Positions 12,599 through 24,563 of a stretch of DNA of 64,000 nt are shown here, piece by piece (the stretch's first letter is position 1; each line of letters begins with the position of its first letter). Source of the DNA: Guillardia theta CCMP2712 (taxonomy: Eukaryota; Protista; Cryptophyta). The position numbers and the translations under genes were made by a program. The notes beneath the pieces were generated by a model that made no database searches, was not told the origin of the DNA, and worked only from the letters and a program-made list of their open reading frames with translations. The stretch is taken from assembly GCF_000315625.1 (NCBI RefSeq), contig NW_005434654.1, positions 556,632 through 620,631 of the forward strand. The letters are read 5' to 3'.

Positions 12599-15500
12599 TC
12601 ATGGTGTCAACCTCACGAATCGTGCTCCTAACAGACCCTCCCCTCCCCATCTCCTCGGCACAATCTTCAACGGAAGCTCTCGCAACTCCCTGCAAAGAGC
12701 TCACATCACGAGCGGGTAGACATCAAGAGGCCAAGGAGGGGGGGAGGTTAAGAAGAGCGAGAAACAGACCTCCCCGTGACTCTGTTGACGCGACTGATGA
12801 GGAGAGTTAGCTCCTGTCCCTCCATCCGCTCCACAGCATCTCCCACAAGGGATACCCCGAACCTCTTCACTGACGGCAAGGTATCAGAACTTCCACTCGC
12901 AGCACGCACAAGGAACCTGAGGAGGCGTCGGCGCTCCCTATGGCGATGATGCGATCACCCACCATCATGCCTCCTTCCTCAGCAGGAGACGAGGGCATGA
13001 CCTGAGCCAACGGCGTGACTGACCCAACGGCAGCAAGCGACGGCCTCACCTCTTCGACGACAGCAAAGGGCTGGATATCCTCGTCTTCTAGTCTCAACCT
13101 TTCCAGAATCTTATTGATGGTCTGGAGATTATTCTGCGCGGTGGCAATCGAGGATTGTCGAAGAGATCGATCGGCCTGCTCTTGCTTCTCCTCCTTGTCG
13201 TTTTCTGAAGCCGGGTGCAAGCAGACTTCATTCACGCTCTCCATGCTGAAATCAGAGATCGTCATCACCAGAATCTGCGTTCCTCTTCAAGGTATACCTG
13301 ACTGTGTCATCAAGAGGTAGATTGCTGTGATGAAACAAGTGTTCAGCACGACAACTGTGTAGATCATCTGTCAGAGGCTCACTTATATCCGTTGCGAATC
13401 ATGTCTTTTTGAAGTTGATCATTTTCCTGGGCAATTTGAGAATGTGTTCTCCCCTTTGGCGTGGGCCCTGGCGTGATCTCGGAGGCTACATGGAACTCAA
13501 GGAAATTCTGCGCGCACGATGAGAAGAGAGCTACGAATCACCGGGAGATCACCAATGAATCCATCTTATGGGGCTTCAAAGAGGAATTTGTCTCTGAATG
13601 AATCTTCTCTCTGTCTTCCTGAAATCACCGATCAGATTATCCTTCACAGCAGACAGTGAGGCAACTTTTGTGCTTTCGACATCGTCCTCCTGCGAATGCC
13701 CGCTGGATCGAGCGTGAACACCTAGTCTGTACAGGCGATGAGCCTGGCTCCTTAGCTCGCCAACAGATCGCTTGCACAAGTTGTCCACCAAGAGGTTGAC
13801 CGGCAGATTTGCTAGCGATCTGTCTGCCGGGGCAAACGAGTCTTCCACGCCGAGCTCGAGACGAGAGTCAGCAAGAGAGTCGGAGCGTCTCGCTCGAGTT
13901 TGTTCAACAAGAAGTGAATCCTCTGACTTCCCTCCTGCGTCCTCATCCATGGCCTCGGCAAGACTTTTCTCCTTCGCCTGCGTGCCCTCTTGAGGGACTT
14001 TAGCAGATTCAGCAAACGACTCGTGCGCTGCAACTTGGAGGATTTCTTGATGCGATTGCTGATCTTCCTCGAGCATCTCGCCTTCCTCCATGTCGGTGTG
14101 CACATCTTCATTTTCTTGCTTTTCCATGCCTTCTGTGTCTGTTGCATGTGCGCTAGCCTCCTCCTCAGCGATGGCTCGTACTTGTGCTTGTTCCTGTTCT
14201 TGTGCTTCAGCTTCAACCTCTCGCTCAACTCGTGCTGCTTCTTCTGGTCGTGCTTCGGCCTGAGCTGCTATCTGCGCTGCTTCAGCTTGTCCCTCCATGG
14301 TTACTTCTTCTCGTTCATCTGCTCCAGCCTCAGCACTTCCTGCCACACACTCTTGCGCTTGCGCTTGCGACTCCATAGCTACTGGTGCTGGTGCATCTCC
14401 TTCTGCTGCCTCCTCGAGTGGCTTGTCAGCTTCAATGGCTACTTGCACGGGCACTGCTTGCTCCTCCCTTGATGCTCGTCTTTCTTCTTCTGCCTTTTCT
14501 CTTTCTGCCTTCACCATCGATTGTGATCCGGATTCTTTCTCCTCACATCCAGACAATAAACTTTGCTCCTTGCTTCCTGTTGCCTCTTTACCTATCTCTG
14601 CAGCATCCCCTTTGCTTGCCTGTCTCTGTCTGTCATCACCACAAGTATCTGTCTCGCTCTTGGTAATCATAGGAGTCGGAGTTATGTGTCCATCAGCTCC
14701 AAGTCTTTCACTGTTTTCTTGCTGTGTGTCTTCAAGAGGTCTCAACCCACTTTCATGTAAGACGGCAGATTCTTGAATGTCATGTACAACTTCATCTACT
14801 CCACGATCGAGGACGGGGCTCGCAACCCCACAACTTTCGTCATGTAGTTCGAGATCGTTGTTCACAGTCGCCGAGGCATCATTGCATGCTTTTGGCTTCT
14901 CCTCTTGGTTTGTTGGTTTCCCCTTTTGCTCAACTTTTTCACCCTCAGCGACATGTTCCCTGTCTTTGTCGACTGGAGAATGTGAACCTCCGCTCGAACG
15001 TGTAGTGTCATTCACCATGGAGGCATTTCTGGCCTAAGGAGATAGAGTGAGTGCATGAAACTCAAAATGCGGAAAAGACCTTCTCTTCCATCAACTTCTC
15101 CCTTTCAACCGCAACTTCTCGGAAGAAGAAAGGCATCTCGAACTTGTCGAACACCCCAGTGCGCAAGCCCACCTGCACCATGGGTGTTACTTTATATCGT
15201 TGCAGATGTTCGAATGCGCTGGACCTCATTGATTCTTGTTTCCCGATCATCACCTTGATTGGCGTCAGCTACAGGATTCCACACAAGATGAATCTTACCT
15301 GGCTCCCAGAACATTTCTTCTTCTGCGTCTTCTCCCCCTCGACGAGCAACGAAGTACTTGTAACTGATGGACTGAGCTGCCGGTAGCTCGAGACACGTGC
15401 TCCAAACCTGAGAAGACAGCGTCATAAGAGTGATAGCCAGTGAGCTGTCCGACACCTCGGTATGTCCGATCTTTATCTTTTGCAAACGAGTGCTCTTGGC

Positions 15501-18060
15501 AGGGTCCCATCCTCCCAGCGCCTATCAATGAGAAGGTGACGTCACTCTACTCTTCATCGCAGAAACGCAACCCCATTTGCTCCTCACCTCATCCTCTCCA
15601 CTAAGGCAGACAACATCCTTTTCATGCAGGCCTCGAGCTTCAACATTGAAGCAGCACAAGCTCTGCAGAGGTGGTTCAGATTCTTGCAAGTGTTCTCATC
15701 ATCCTGCATTGGAACCTTCTGGGGAACTTCCGGATGGGAAGGAACCAGGAACGAAGAATCCTGTGAGCAAAATGACATAAGATACATTTCTGACTGCATT
15801 TGATGATCACCATGTCCTGTACAGGCTCATGGTGGACGTAGTGACAGTTGAGATGGTCTAGAATCTACCAGAAATCAGATTTGTTTGCAGCGCTCAGATG
15901 CAATCTACATGTCTATCTATCATCATGTTGTCCCGCCTGCCTTCAACCCAATTGACTTCTGAGATACATATCCGTCACTATTGCATATCACACAAGCAAA
16001 GCACAGGGCACCGGCAGACTGCGTCAAGATTTTCCTATTTTCTAAGATCCCCTCCCATCTCGGCTGTTTCAGGTGGACGTACTTGTAGCGCAACTAAAAA
16101 TAGAATGAAAACAACGAAAGAGGGAGGAGCATGATACAAAATCGTTGCCATCAAGACAAAAAGCTCCAGTCCACGTGTTCCGATCAGTCTTGGACACGTT
16201 GAGCTCGAGCGCCTTGGCAGTATCCCACCTGAAGCAGTGATCATGTGCTGGTCCTGAAGACTATGCGCTCTCACTTCCCCAAAATATCGGTGGAGCCAAC
16301 CACTCCAATCGGTGACTGCACGTCAGCGAAACTCTTAACCTGTTCATCTATAGATCACATGATGTGGAATTTTCACCTTGATACAATTTCACCTCGAACA
16401 TGATCTTTCGCTCCTTGGACGATTTCGCGTCCACTGGTTTATGGAGTTGGACAGTTGGAGGCTTTCTATTCCACGATAGTGTTGTGCTAATCATAGTCAT
16501 CAGGGACATTAGGATATGTCTACGAATTTACCGGTTGAAGACATCTTTCACTGCAGTAATGGAATTGCGCTGGATGCAACCTTTGCGATGAATCTGCTCA
16601 TCTTCTATTCTTGGTGAATGATGTATAAGATATTTGTACGCCATCTACACTTGCATGTGAGCGCACAAGGTCAATCAAGTCACTTTTCGTACTTCTTGCC
16701 CCACTGGCAAAGGGATAGTTGCTGCCCATCTGTTCATCTTGGTTCTGTGGAGGGGAACAGCCCTGTTTTCCTATTTAAGAAGAACTTCACCAACAAGCAT
16801 CGAAGGTCAAGTAAACTGCAACAATACCTGCCAATTCCCTAGCCAATCGTTGCTGCCAGTGATTGATACAGTGTCATCTTCGCATAATCCAAGGGCTCCA
16901 GCGTCCAATTCAAAAGTGCAGATGGCCGTCTATGTCATGTCATCATTCATAAGATTTGTCTTCAGGTAAGAAAAACCTGTGTCGAATTGTTGCCAAACTC
17001 GACTTCTTCACAAACCTGGACGCGAAATGTTCACAACACCATTATACCTTGACGTTCATACCATGTGGGAAGAGTTCCCAAACAAATCTTTCACCAACAG
17101 TTTGCCCCCGTCCTATAAAACGATCACAATGCGTTGCTAATCTTCTTAGGTACAGACCTCAGGAGTTTTGAAACACCTCTCTTCTGTCTCAAGCCTGTTG
17201 GAGACATCAGACCAAGTTCTGAGGGAAAGTAATATTTTTCAACACAGCAGTCCTTACTTGGGCTTCTTTTCGATCATGTAATAGTAGGTGAAATTCTGTT
17301 CTTCCAATTTTGATTCGAGGAACCAAAGTGACTCCTGTTCATTTTGGTTCTTCTTTTCCATTGCGAAGGTCTACGGAGAGCATGTGTCAGGAACACATTC
17401 TCACCCTCCAACCAATGTATAGAATGAGGAAAGATACTACAACGCGTAACTTACCTGTCTAGCATTCGACTTCCCTATCTTGGCGCTCGAGATCGCTATC
17501 TTGAGGTACTCATCATCTTGCAACCCGAAAGCGACAGTGTTGAACTGACAAAAGCCAGGAGACGGCAAAGTCTCGTTCTCTCCATCACCACAGAGAGATA
17601 CTGTTCTAGGGGCCATGTGATTGATAGTCTCTTTGATAACACAATCTGTTGCAATGTCTTCGATGCATCTTTCTTCCACGTCCTCTAGCTCGGGGGCCTT
17701 CTTAATCAAGTACTTATACTCTACGGTGAAGCCTTGCGGCAGTTCCAGTTCACAAAACCATACATTCGGAGCATCTTTCTTTCTCTTCAAGTACTTGGCA
17801 TTTTTGACATTCCAATCGCCAAGTTGGTCGACATTGCCGGTTAAAGCAAGCATCTCGTCAGGGGCTAGTCCCTCAGCTTCGATTTCGAGCCTCCATTTTC
17901 GCTTCTCCGTTTCTTTTGAGCTAGTCCTCAATTGAAGATTTTGGATGGGCTGGATGTTTCCGTTCTTCTTGACTTTCAATGCTGGCATGTCACTGGCTAT
18001 AGGCAGGTATCCATGGCAAAACAAGAATGCAACGGAGATCCAAATGAACCTGAACGTCAT
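12599..18060 (-). CDS. Signal peptide + five CBM20 starch-binding modules + acidic linker + PSMD9/Nas2-like PDZ domain (multi-exon, probably one gene)
   Basis: CBM20 motifs such as LALTGNVDQLGDW...EYKYL, ITGSNDWLGNW...AYKYL, GVVGSTDILGKWD...RYKYV..WEGILENR, CLSGEDE-ALGGWD...SYKYF..WEPG; ORF 15018-13576 is the Glu/Ala-rich linker; C-terminus FAVVEE-VMPSSPAEEGGMMVGDRII...VPRRWGGEGLLG. Confidence 0.75.
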
Positions 18061-19144
18061 GTTGCAAGTGTGAACTTCCACAACCTCTATGTTCTCTGGA
18101 GCACGCCTGCTCCGATTCAAACGACGGCAGCGACAAGAGGGATAGCCCGGGTGTATGAACGAGCTTCCACAAGTGTAAGAGGATACCTCACTGCCTCAAT
18201 TCGACCTCCGTAGCCCAGATAGCCGACATTAGGCCCTTTCACGGTACGAGAGGTCCTCTGAGCATGTCAGATGCTACCGCCCTTTCCTGGAGCAAGAAGG
18301 CGACAAAGGCATGCTTTCCTTCTTCTTTCATTGTCGATCTTCCTCGGCATCTTTCTTCTTCTACCACTCACTTTGTCTTCCGATCGATCTCGCAGAACAC
18401 AAACGCTGCGCCCCCCCCGCTTCACCCATATCACACACCCTACCCCTCTTTCGTCATCCTACCCCCACCCCATCGAAGCATTCGAAAGTACCCCTACCTT
18501 GTAACATCTTGTACCCCTACCCCTCGAGAATCGCATCCTTGCAACAAATATGAGGGTATCGAGTAAACCCCTACCCCCTATTCCACAGATAAAACCAGGG
18601 GTGACCTGGAGATAGGCCGTAACCACCCACCCCCGTGACCCCCGTGTCTCCCCAATAGGACGCTGAGAACTACAAATTTGTAACCGAGCGTATCGTAAAT
18701 TATCGTTTTGGTCGTACGTTGAATGGAAAATCATTCGAGAGCATATGAATTAGAATACTTATCGTATCTAATTTGACTGTAAATTATTTGGCAAAACAAG
18801 TCGCTACCATGTCGTACCCCCTACCCCCTACCCATTACTTCTACTCTTTACCACCCCCTTGCCACCCAGCATTGGTAACCAATCGTGTCCGCAAAGTTGT
18901 ATGAAGAGGCTCTGAGGCGCACCCGTAGGGAATAGTTGCTGCCACTTCAGTGATCGCCGGCGTTCCCGATGTCGGCCGGCCCGGCAGCGGCCCGGTCGAT
19001 AACTTGAGGGGTTGGCCCGCATTCAACGGCTGGAATGGCGAAGCAGCGCTGATGCAGCGAAGGATCAAGTAGTGCGACGTTGCTCGGGTGAGACAGGAAG
19101 AAGGGGAGAGGGGAGAGAGAAGAGAAGGACTTGCCTCCTTAGTG

Positions 19145-22100
19145 ATGCTAGACGAGCTGAGAGCCAGGGCTCTGATAGAGCAATCGCGCTCGGAGGGCTC
19201 TCCAGCGTTGTTGAACGAGGCCTACCAGATCGTTAAGGATCTCAGCACTCCGTCAGCACTCAAGAACCCAAAGTTCTCCTTGGAAGTCGTTTCTCCCGAG
19301 CTCCACGTAATTATTGCAGAAACCTCGCTCGATCTCTCATCGCCTTCTCGCACAGAGGACCAGCTTGTGAGCAACCGGATTCAGCTGCAGGAGCTTGCAT
19401 ACAACTGCCTCCAGTCCTTCTTGAGTTCTAAACCTTCGTCGGATCAGTTTCTAGCAAGGGCATACTTGGCTTACGCGACTCTCGCCTGTCGCTGGGCAGA
19501 TGGAAGGAAAGGTGACGGGCTTGTAGATGCTGTCCTCAAGGCACTGGATTTCGTGATGAGGGCTTTGAACCTGGCCCTTGAAAGTTTGCCGAGGTATCAA
19601 TTTCTGGTCTACAATGCATCGGTAGTGTACTGGAGATGTAGCAGACCGCTTCAGCGCAAGGGATACTTCCATCACATCCTCAACTCCATGCCGCAGGTGT
19701 GCGATGCTCTCATGAAGCTAGACGGGGACGATGTAGAGTGGAAGGCAAAGTACATCATCGCCCTTGCCCGCGCCTATGAGTTCTCAGACAGAAGCGATGA
19801 TGCTGGAAAGTACTTGCAGAATGCTGTTGGGATGATGTCGAGCTTGTCCGAAGAAACTCAGGTTGAGATCGTGCGGGTGTTGGTGCATGTGGACAGGACA
19901 AGGGGAGGAGGAGCCGGCGATAAGGTTGCGACTACCCCAAAACTTGGGCTCTATGCCAGGCTACAGAAAGTGAAGTCAGGAGTCATTTCCGATGAGAAAA
20001 TACCCGACGAACTCGAGGATCTGATCAAGAGCTCGTCCGAGGCTGGTGAGCTCAAAGTTCTTGCAGAAGCTGGAAGGCTCTGTCTTCTGAAGGGTCAGCC
20101 AACTTGTGCTCAGAATGCGATCGAAGCCATTGGTGGGGGAAACGATGCCGGCATGGCTGTTGCAGTCCTTACTGAATGCACGAAAGCTCAACTGTCTGTG
20201 ATGTCGCTTGGAGAGGAAGCAGAAATGTACACGCGCAAGATGGTAGACACCAGGCTTGATGCACTCTCCCGGTTGGAGAAAGCGTTGCCTTCAGCCGTAC
20301 GATCCAAAGATGCTGACGTCATCCACGAGATTTGCTCTCTAGCCTGGAGCCTGTGCTTGCCGATACTGCAGCCAAACCTGCGCAAGCAAGCGAAACGAGT
20401 GCTGCAGGCTTGCTGTAAGGCTCTGGAGGACATCGACTCTCCTCTTAATGAGCTTCGTGCCCAGCTGCACCTGGAAGTCGCCAGATGTGACGTAGCAGAC
20501 GATCTGTATGCGGCAGCAGCCGTCCAGGTAAAGAGGGAGGTAATCACTTTCATATCCCTAAAGGCTACTCTTGCAGGTACAGAAAGGCCTCGCCCTGGAT
20601 TACGTCGTGCCTGAAGACAGCATCATTGAGTACAAGAGGCCGTTTGACAAGCACCTGAACCTGATGAAGAAGAAGCTGTCCATGAAGATGTCGCTCTATT
20701 CGGCTCCCGACCGCCCGGAGGACAAGGCCATGCTCCTGGTAGAGCAGGCAAGAGAGTCCAAGGAAGCAGCTCTGAGGGCTTCGCTCCTGGACCGAGCCGT
20801 CGGGATCCTCTCGGCGGTATGAGGTGGGAAGCACGATCCTTGACTTGACTTGCCATGTCAGGTGGACGAAGCAACAGATGTCGCTGCATCAGCCTGTCCT
20901 GTGCCAGAGCTCAACGAACCTCAGGACCCGATCTACTCGGCTCGCGGGATCCAAAAGGAGCGGACGATGCTGTGGGGCGACATCGCATTGATCGCGTGGC
21001 AGAGCCACCTGATCAAGCAGACACTCGAGGCAGCAGAGTTTGCATGCGAGTACGAGGGGGACGTGGTCAAGGACAAGGACCTCATCATCCAGCAGGCTCA
21101 GGTTCAGTTTGCGCGGGCGGAGGCGCTCTTCATGCAGTTGCGAAGTGAAGGATGCGAACCTGGGAAGCCTCTGCCGCAGGAGGAAGCAAACCAGAAGAAT
21201 GTCTCTGCTAAAGTCGCGTGGGTTGAAGGGCTGAGAGAGAGGATTGTACAAGGTCTGTGAGAATTGCTTCCCTCCATCCTCCCTCTCCTCCATCCTCCCT
21301 GTCCGACCAAACCCGCCTGCTCCTTGTCTGACGCTCCAACAAGGTTTCTTGAAGGGCATGCGGCTGGGTTTGAAGGTGAAGGAGGACTGGATCGTATTCA
21401 ACGCTGCCGTCTACCTCTGGAACTATCACCTTCCCCTCTTCTCCAGCGCCAAGCTAGAGTCTATCTATGAAGCGCTTGAGGAGGTTGTCGGCACTCTACA
21501 CGTCGCCGGCTGCAAGGACAGTCAGCTGCTCTGCTCGGTCTCTTACGGTCTCGCGGTGGCACTTGAGGCGAGGGAGGCGAAGGTCTGAGAGAAGATCGTG
21601 AGCTGCTGCTGACGGAGATTGCAGGGAGAGGACGTGCTGTATCCCCCTGAAAGCCTGGGCGAGGAGGCTCCCAGCCTTGGGAACGGGACCTGCCTCGGGC
21701 ACGCAGTCGCTGTCTGCGAGGCTGCGGTAGAGATCTCCTCCCCGATGACGGCCAGACGTGTGCTGGGCGTCCTCGCGAGGCTGCGCCTTGCCCTCAACAA
21801 GTCGTCGAGTGCTGTCGACGTCAGCGGCGCTCCAGAAGCCTCCCTGATTATGCTGCTCGAGCTCATGAAAGTGGACGCTGATTCCAAGCCTGCTCTCGTC
21901 GAGAAGGTCCGCCTACTCCTTCCCCTCCTCTTCCTCCTTCCCCTCCCTCTCCTCACCCCTCATCATACTTCGTGCTCTGGTCCCAGCTCCTTCCTCCATC
22001 TGTAAGCTTCTGATGCGCTGCATCTCCTCCAGCCTTACATGCTTCTCCTTCCATCCTCCCCCTGTGCTCTCATGACTTCGTGAGTCTGACGCTCCAATAG

Positions 22101-24505
22101 GCGATGGGCTTTGTTCCCGACTGCCCTGTCAACCCGCAGATCTTCGCGTCCATCGCCATGGAGGCGCTTTCCTGTGGCGACTTCATCTCATGCATGACTT
22201 TAAGCAAGCAAGCGACGTCCATCGCTGACCAGGCAACGCAAGCCAAGCCTCAGCTTCTGCGCTGGTTCGCCCTGGCGGAGCTCGTTCACGGCCAGGCGTT
22301 AGTGCGTCAGATCAACCCGGACAAGCATGACATGTCAGCACAAGACCACCTGAAGAAGGAGGCGATCAAGCACTTTGTCTTGGCTGCCAAGTTCTCTTCG
22401 GAGGCGCAGAACGACAACATCCTCATGCTCGCTGCTACGGAGATGTGGAACGCGTCAGTGAGCTTCATGTCCTCTTCGGCCACGCGCAAGTCGCTGCTCG
22501 AGCCCACCAAGGCCATGATCAAGTATCTCGCTCGTGTGCGGTTGGCTGAAGATTCTCCGGAGGAGGAAAAGACCTTCCGCACCAAATTGTACGTCCTCCT
22601 CTTCGAGTGTCTTGCAGACTCCAAACTTTGGCAAGAGGGCTGCGACCACACGGCCAAGGCGCTGAAAGCTCTTCCTCCTTCCATGCACAAGGACCTGTGG
22701 GAGTTCCGGATCACCTTCATGGGGAAGCTGGGCAAGGACACGGCGGCGGAGATGCTCAAGGTGAAGGAGAGCGGAGAGGAGATGGTGGCACAGGTTTGGT
22801 CGACCCTCGCACAGTCCTCGTCGGACAAGAAGCAGAAGCTTGTCTCCTACAAGAAAGCGGTCGAGGCCCTCGAGCAGAAGCCGCTAGCGCAGGTGGAGTA
22901 CCTCATCCTCTTCGGCGAGTTCCTCTACACCGAAGGCTTCGAGGTCCAGGACGCGCAAGACCAGCTGATCGCCGCTGCTGACATCCTGCTGGAGCTGGAC
23001 ACAGCGCTGGCGGACGAGGAGGAGAACTTGTCCAAGGCGGATGATGCGTCCCAGAGCGACGCCAAGTCTGTCTCCTCCTCCTCCAGCTTCCACCGCTCCG
23101 TCGCAAGCCCCCGGGCCAAGACGCCCCGGCAGGTCAGCTCGCAGTCTGCCTCCTCGTCCAAGGCCAAGTCCGTCGCTCCCTCCAAGGAGGGGAGCGTGAC
23201 CTCCTTCAGCACGTCGCTGGGGGCCGGGAAGAGGCCGCAAAGCCTCAACGTGTGTCACCTGCTGGAGCTAGGAAGGATCTATATCATGCTGGCGAAGATG
23301 AGCAACAACCGGCTCCAGGTGGCCCAGCAGCTGGTCGTCGCTCACCACTACCTCCTCAGAATCTTGGAGATGTCTGTCACAGCGGTCATAGCAGAGATCT
23401 CCTCCTCATCGGAGGAGGAGCCCGCAGATGCTAAGATCTTCGAGCTCCCCACGGAGGCGCAGGAGTGGATAGGGTTCGAGCTGAAGGAGCAGCTCTGCGA
23501 AGCCTTCATGGCGTACAAGGGGAAGGACAAGAAGGTGCTGAACAAGAGGACGTTCAGAAAGCCTTATCTCCTCCTCTACTACCTCGACGAGTTTGTCGGC
23601 CTCCTTCTGGAGCACGACCTGCAGCTGCAAGCGATTCCTGTGCTGGAGATGCTCAAGTTCGTCTCACGCAGGATCCTGCAGAACTCTGACCTTCATGCCC
23701 TCTTCCTCCTCCGCCAAGCCATGCTCTACCAGCAGCTGGGCAGCAGCCAGCACAGCTCGCGTGTCCGCAAGCTTGCAGACGAGCTGCTTGTGATCAGCCC
23801 CGAGAGGTCGCGTAAGCTGGACGAGCTGGTGAAGCAGCGCGAGATGCACAAGCTGGTCGGTCGGTCGCAGTCCATGGCAGAAGCGATGGAGGCAGCGAAG
23901 AAGGAGAAGTACGTGAAGCAGCTCAAGCCGCTTCAGCTCCACGAGGTCTGGGTCAAGCTGGCAGAGGTCAAGATCGAGGAGGGAGACCTCGTACGTGCTC
24001 GGGAGATTCTCCATCGGACGCTCAAGCACGCCAAGGCGTTCGAAGACTCAGAGAGCGAGGGTCTGACCCTCCACCTCCTCGCCATCGTCTCCTTCCTCGA
24101 GGGTCAGAACGTGCAGGCCGTACAGCTGGAGACGGAGGCGCAGGCTTTCTCAAACGAGTTGTCCTTCTGGAGCAAGAGCTGCGCGGCTCTCGCCACCTTC
24201 ATGGTTGACGTCGCAAGGACTGTGTTTGGCCTGCACAGCGTGGAGGAAGCGATCAAGGTGCTGGAACGAGGAGCCGACTTGTTCCGCCTGCTCATCCTGG
24301 AGCACCCGAACCTCATCATGCGGATCAACACGCTTCGAGGAAACCTCCTGCTCGAGGCAGCTCAGATCGCGTTGGAGGAGGTCAGGAGGCAGGATCAGGC
24401 GGGTCAGATGATGTGGCAGAAAGTCCACAAGAAGGCAGTCAAGCTCGTCGACATCGTGATTGAAGCATTGTCCGCAGCAGCTGGTGGTGGAGGAGCAGGA
24501 GCAGA

Positions 24506-24563
<58 letters not shown>

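Noticed and set aside
16000-18060. GPCPD1/GDE5, laforin or DPE2 assignment for the CBM20 gene
   Set aside because: No GDPD, dual-specificity phosphatase (HCxxGxxR) or GH77 motifs; the downstream exons encode further CBM20 modules
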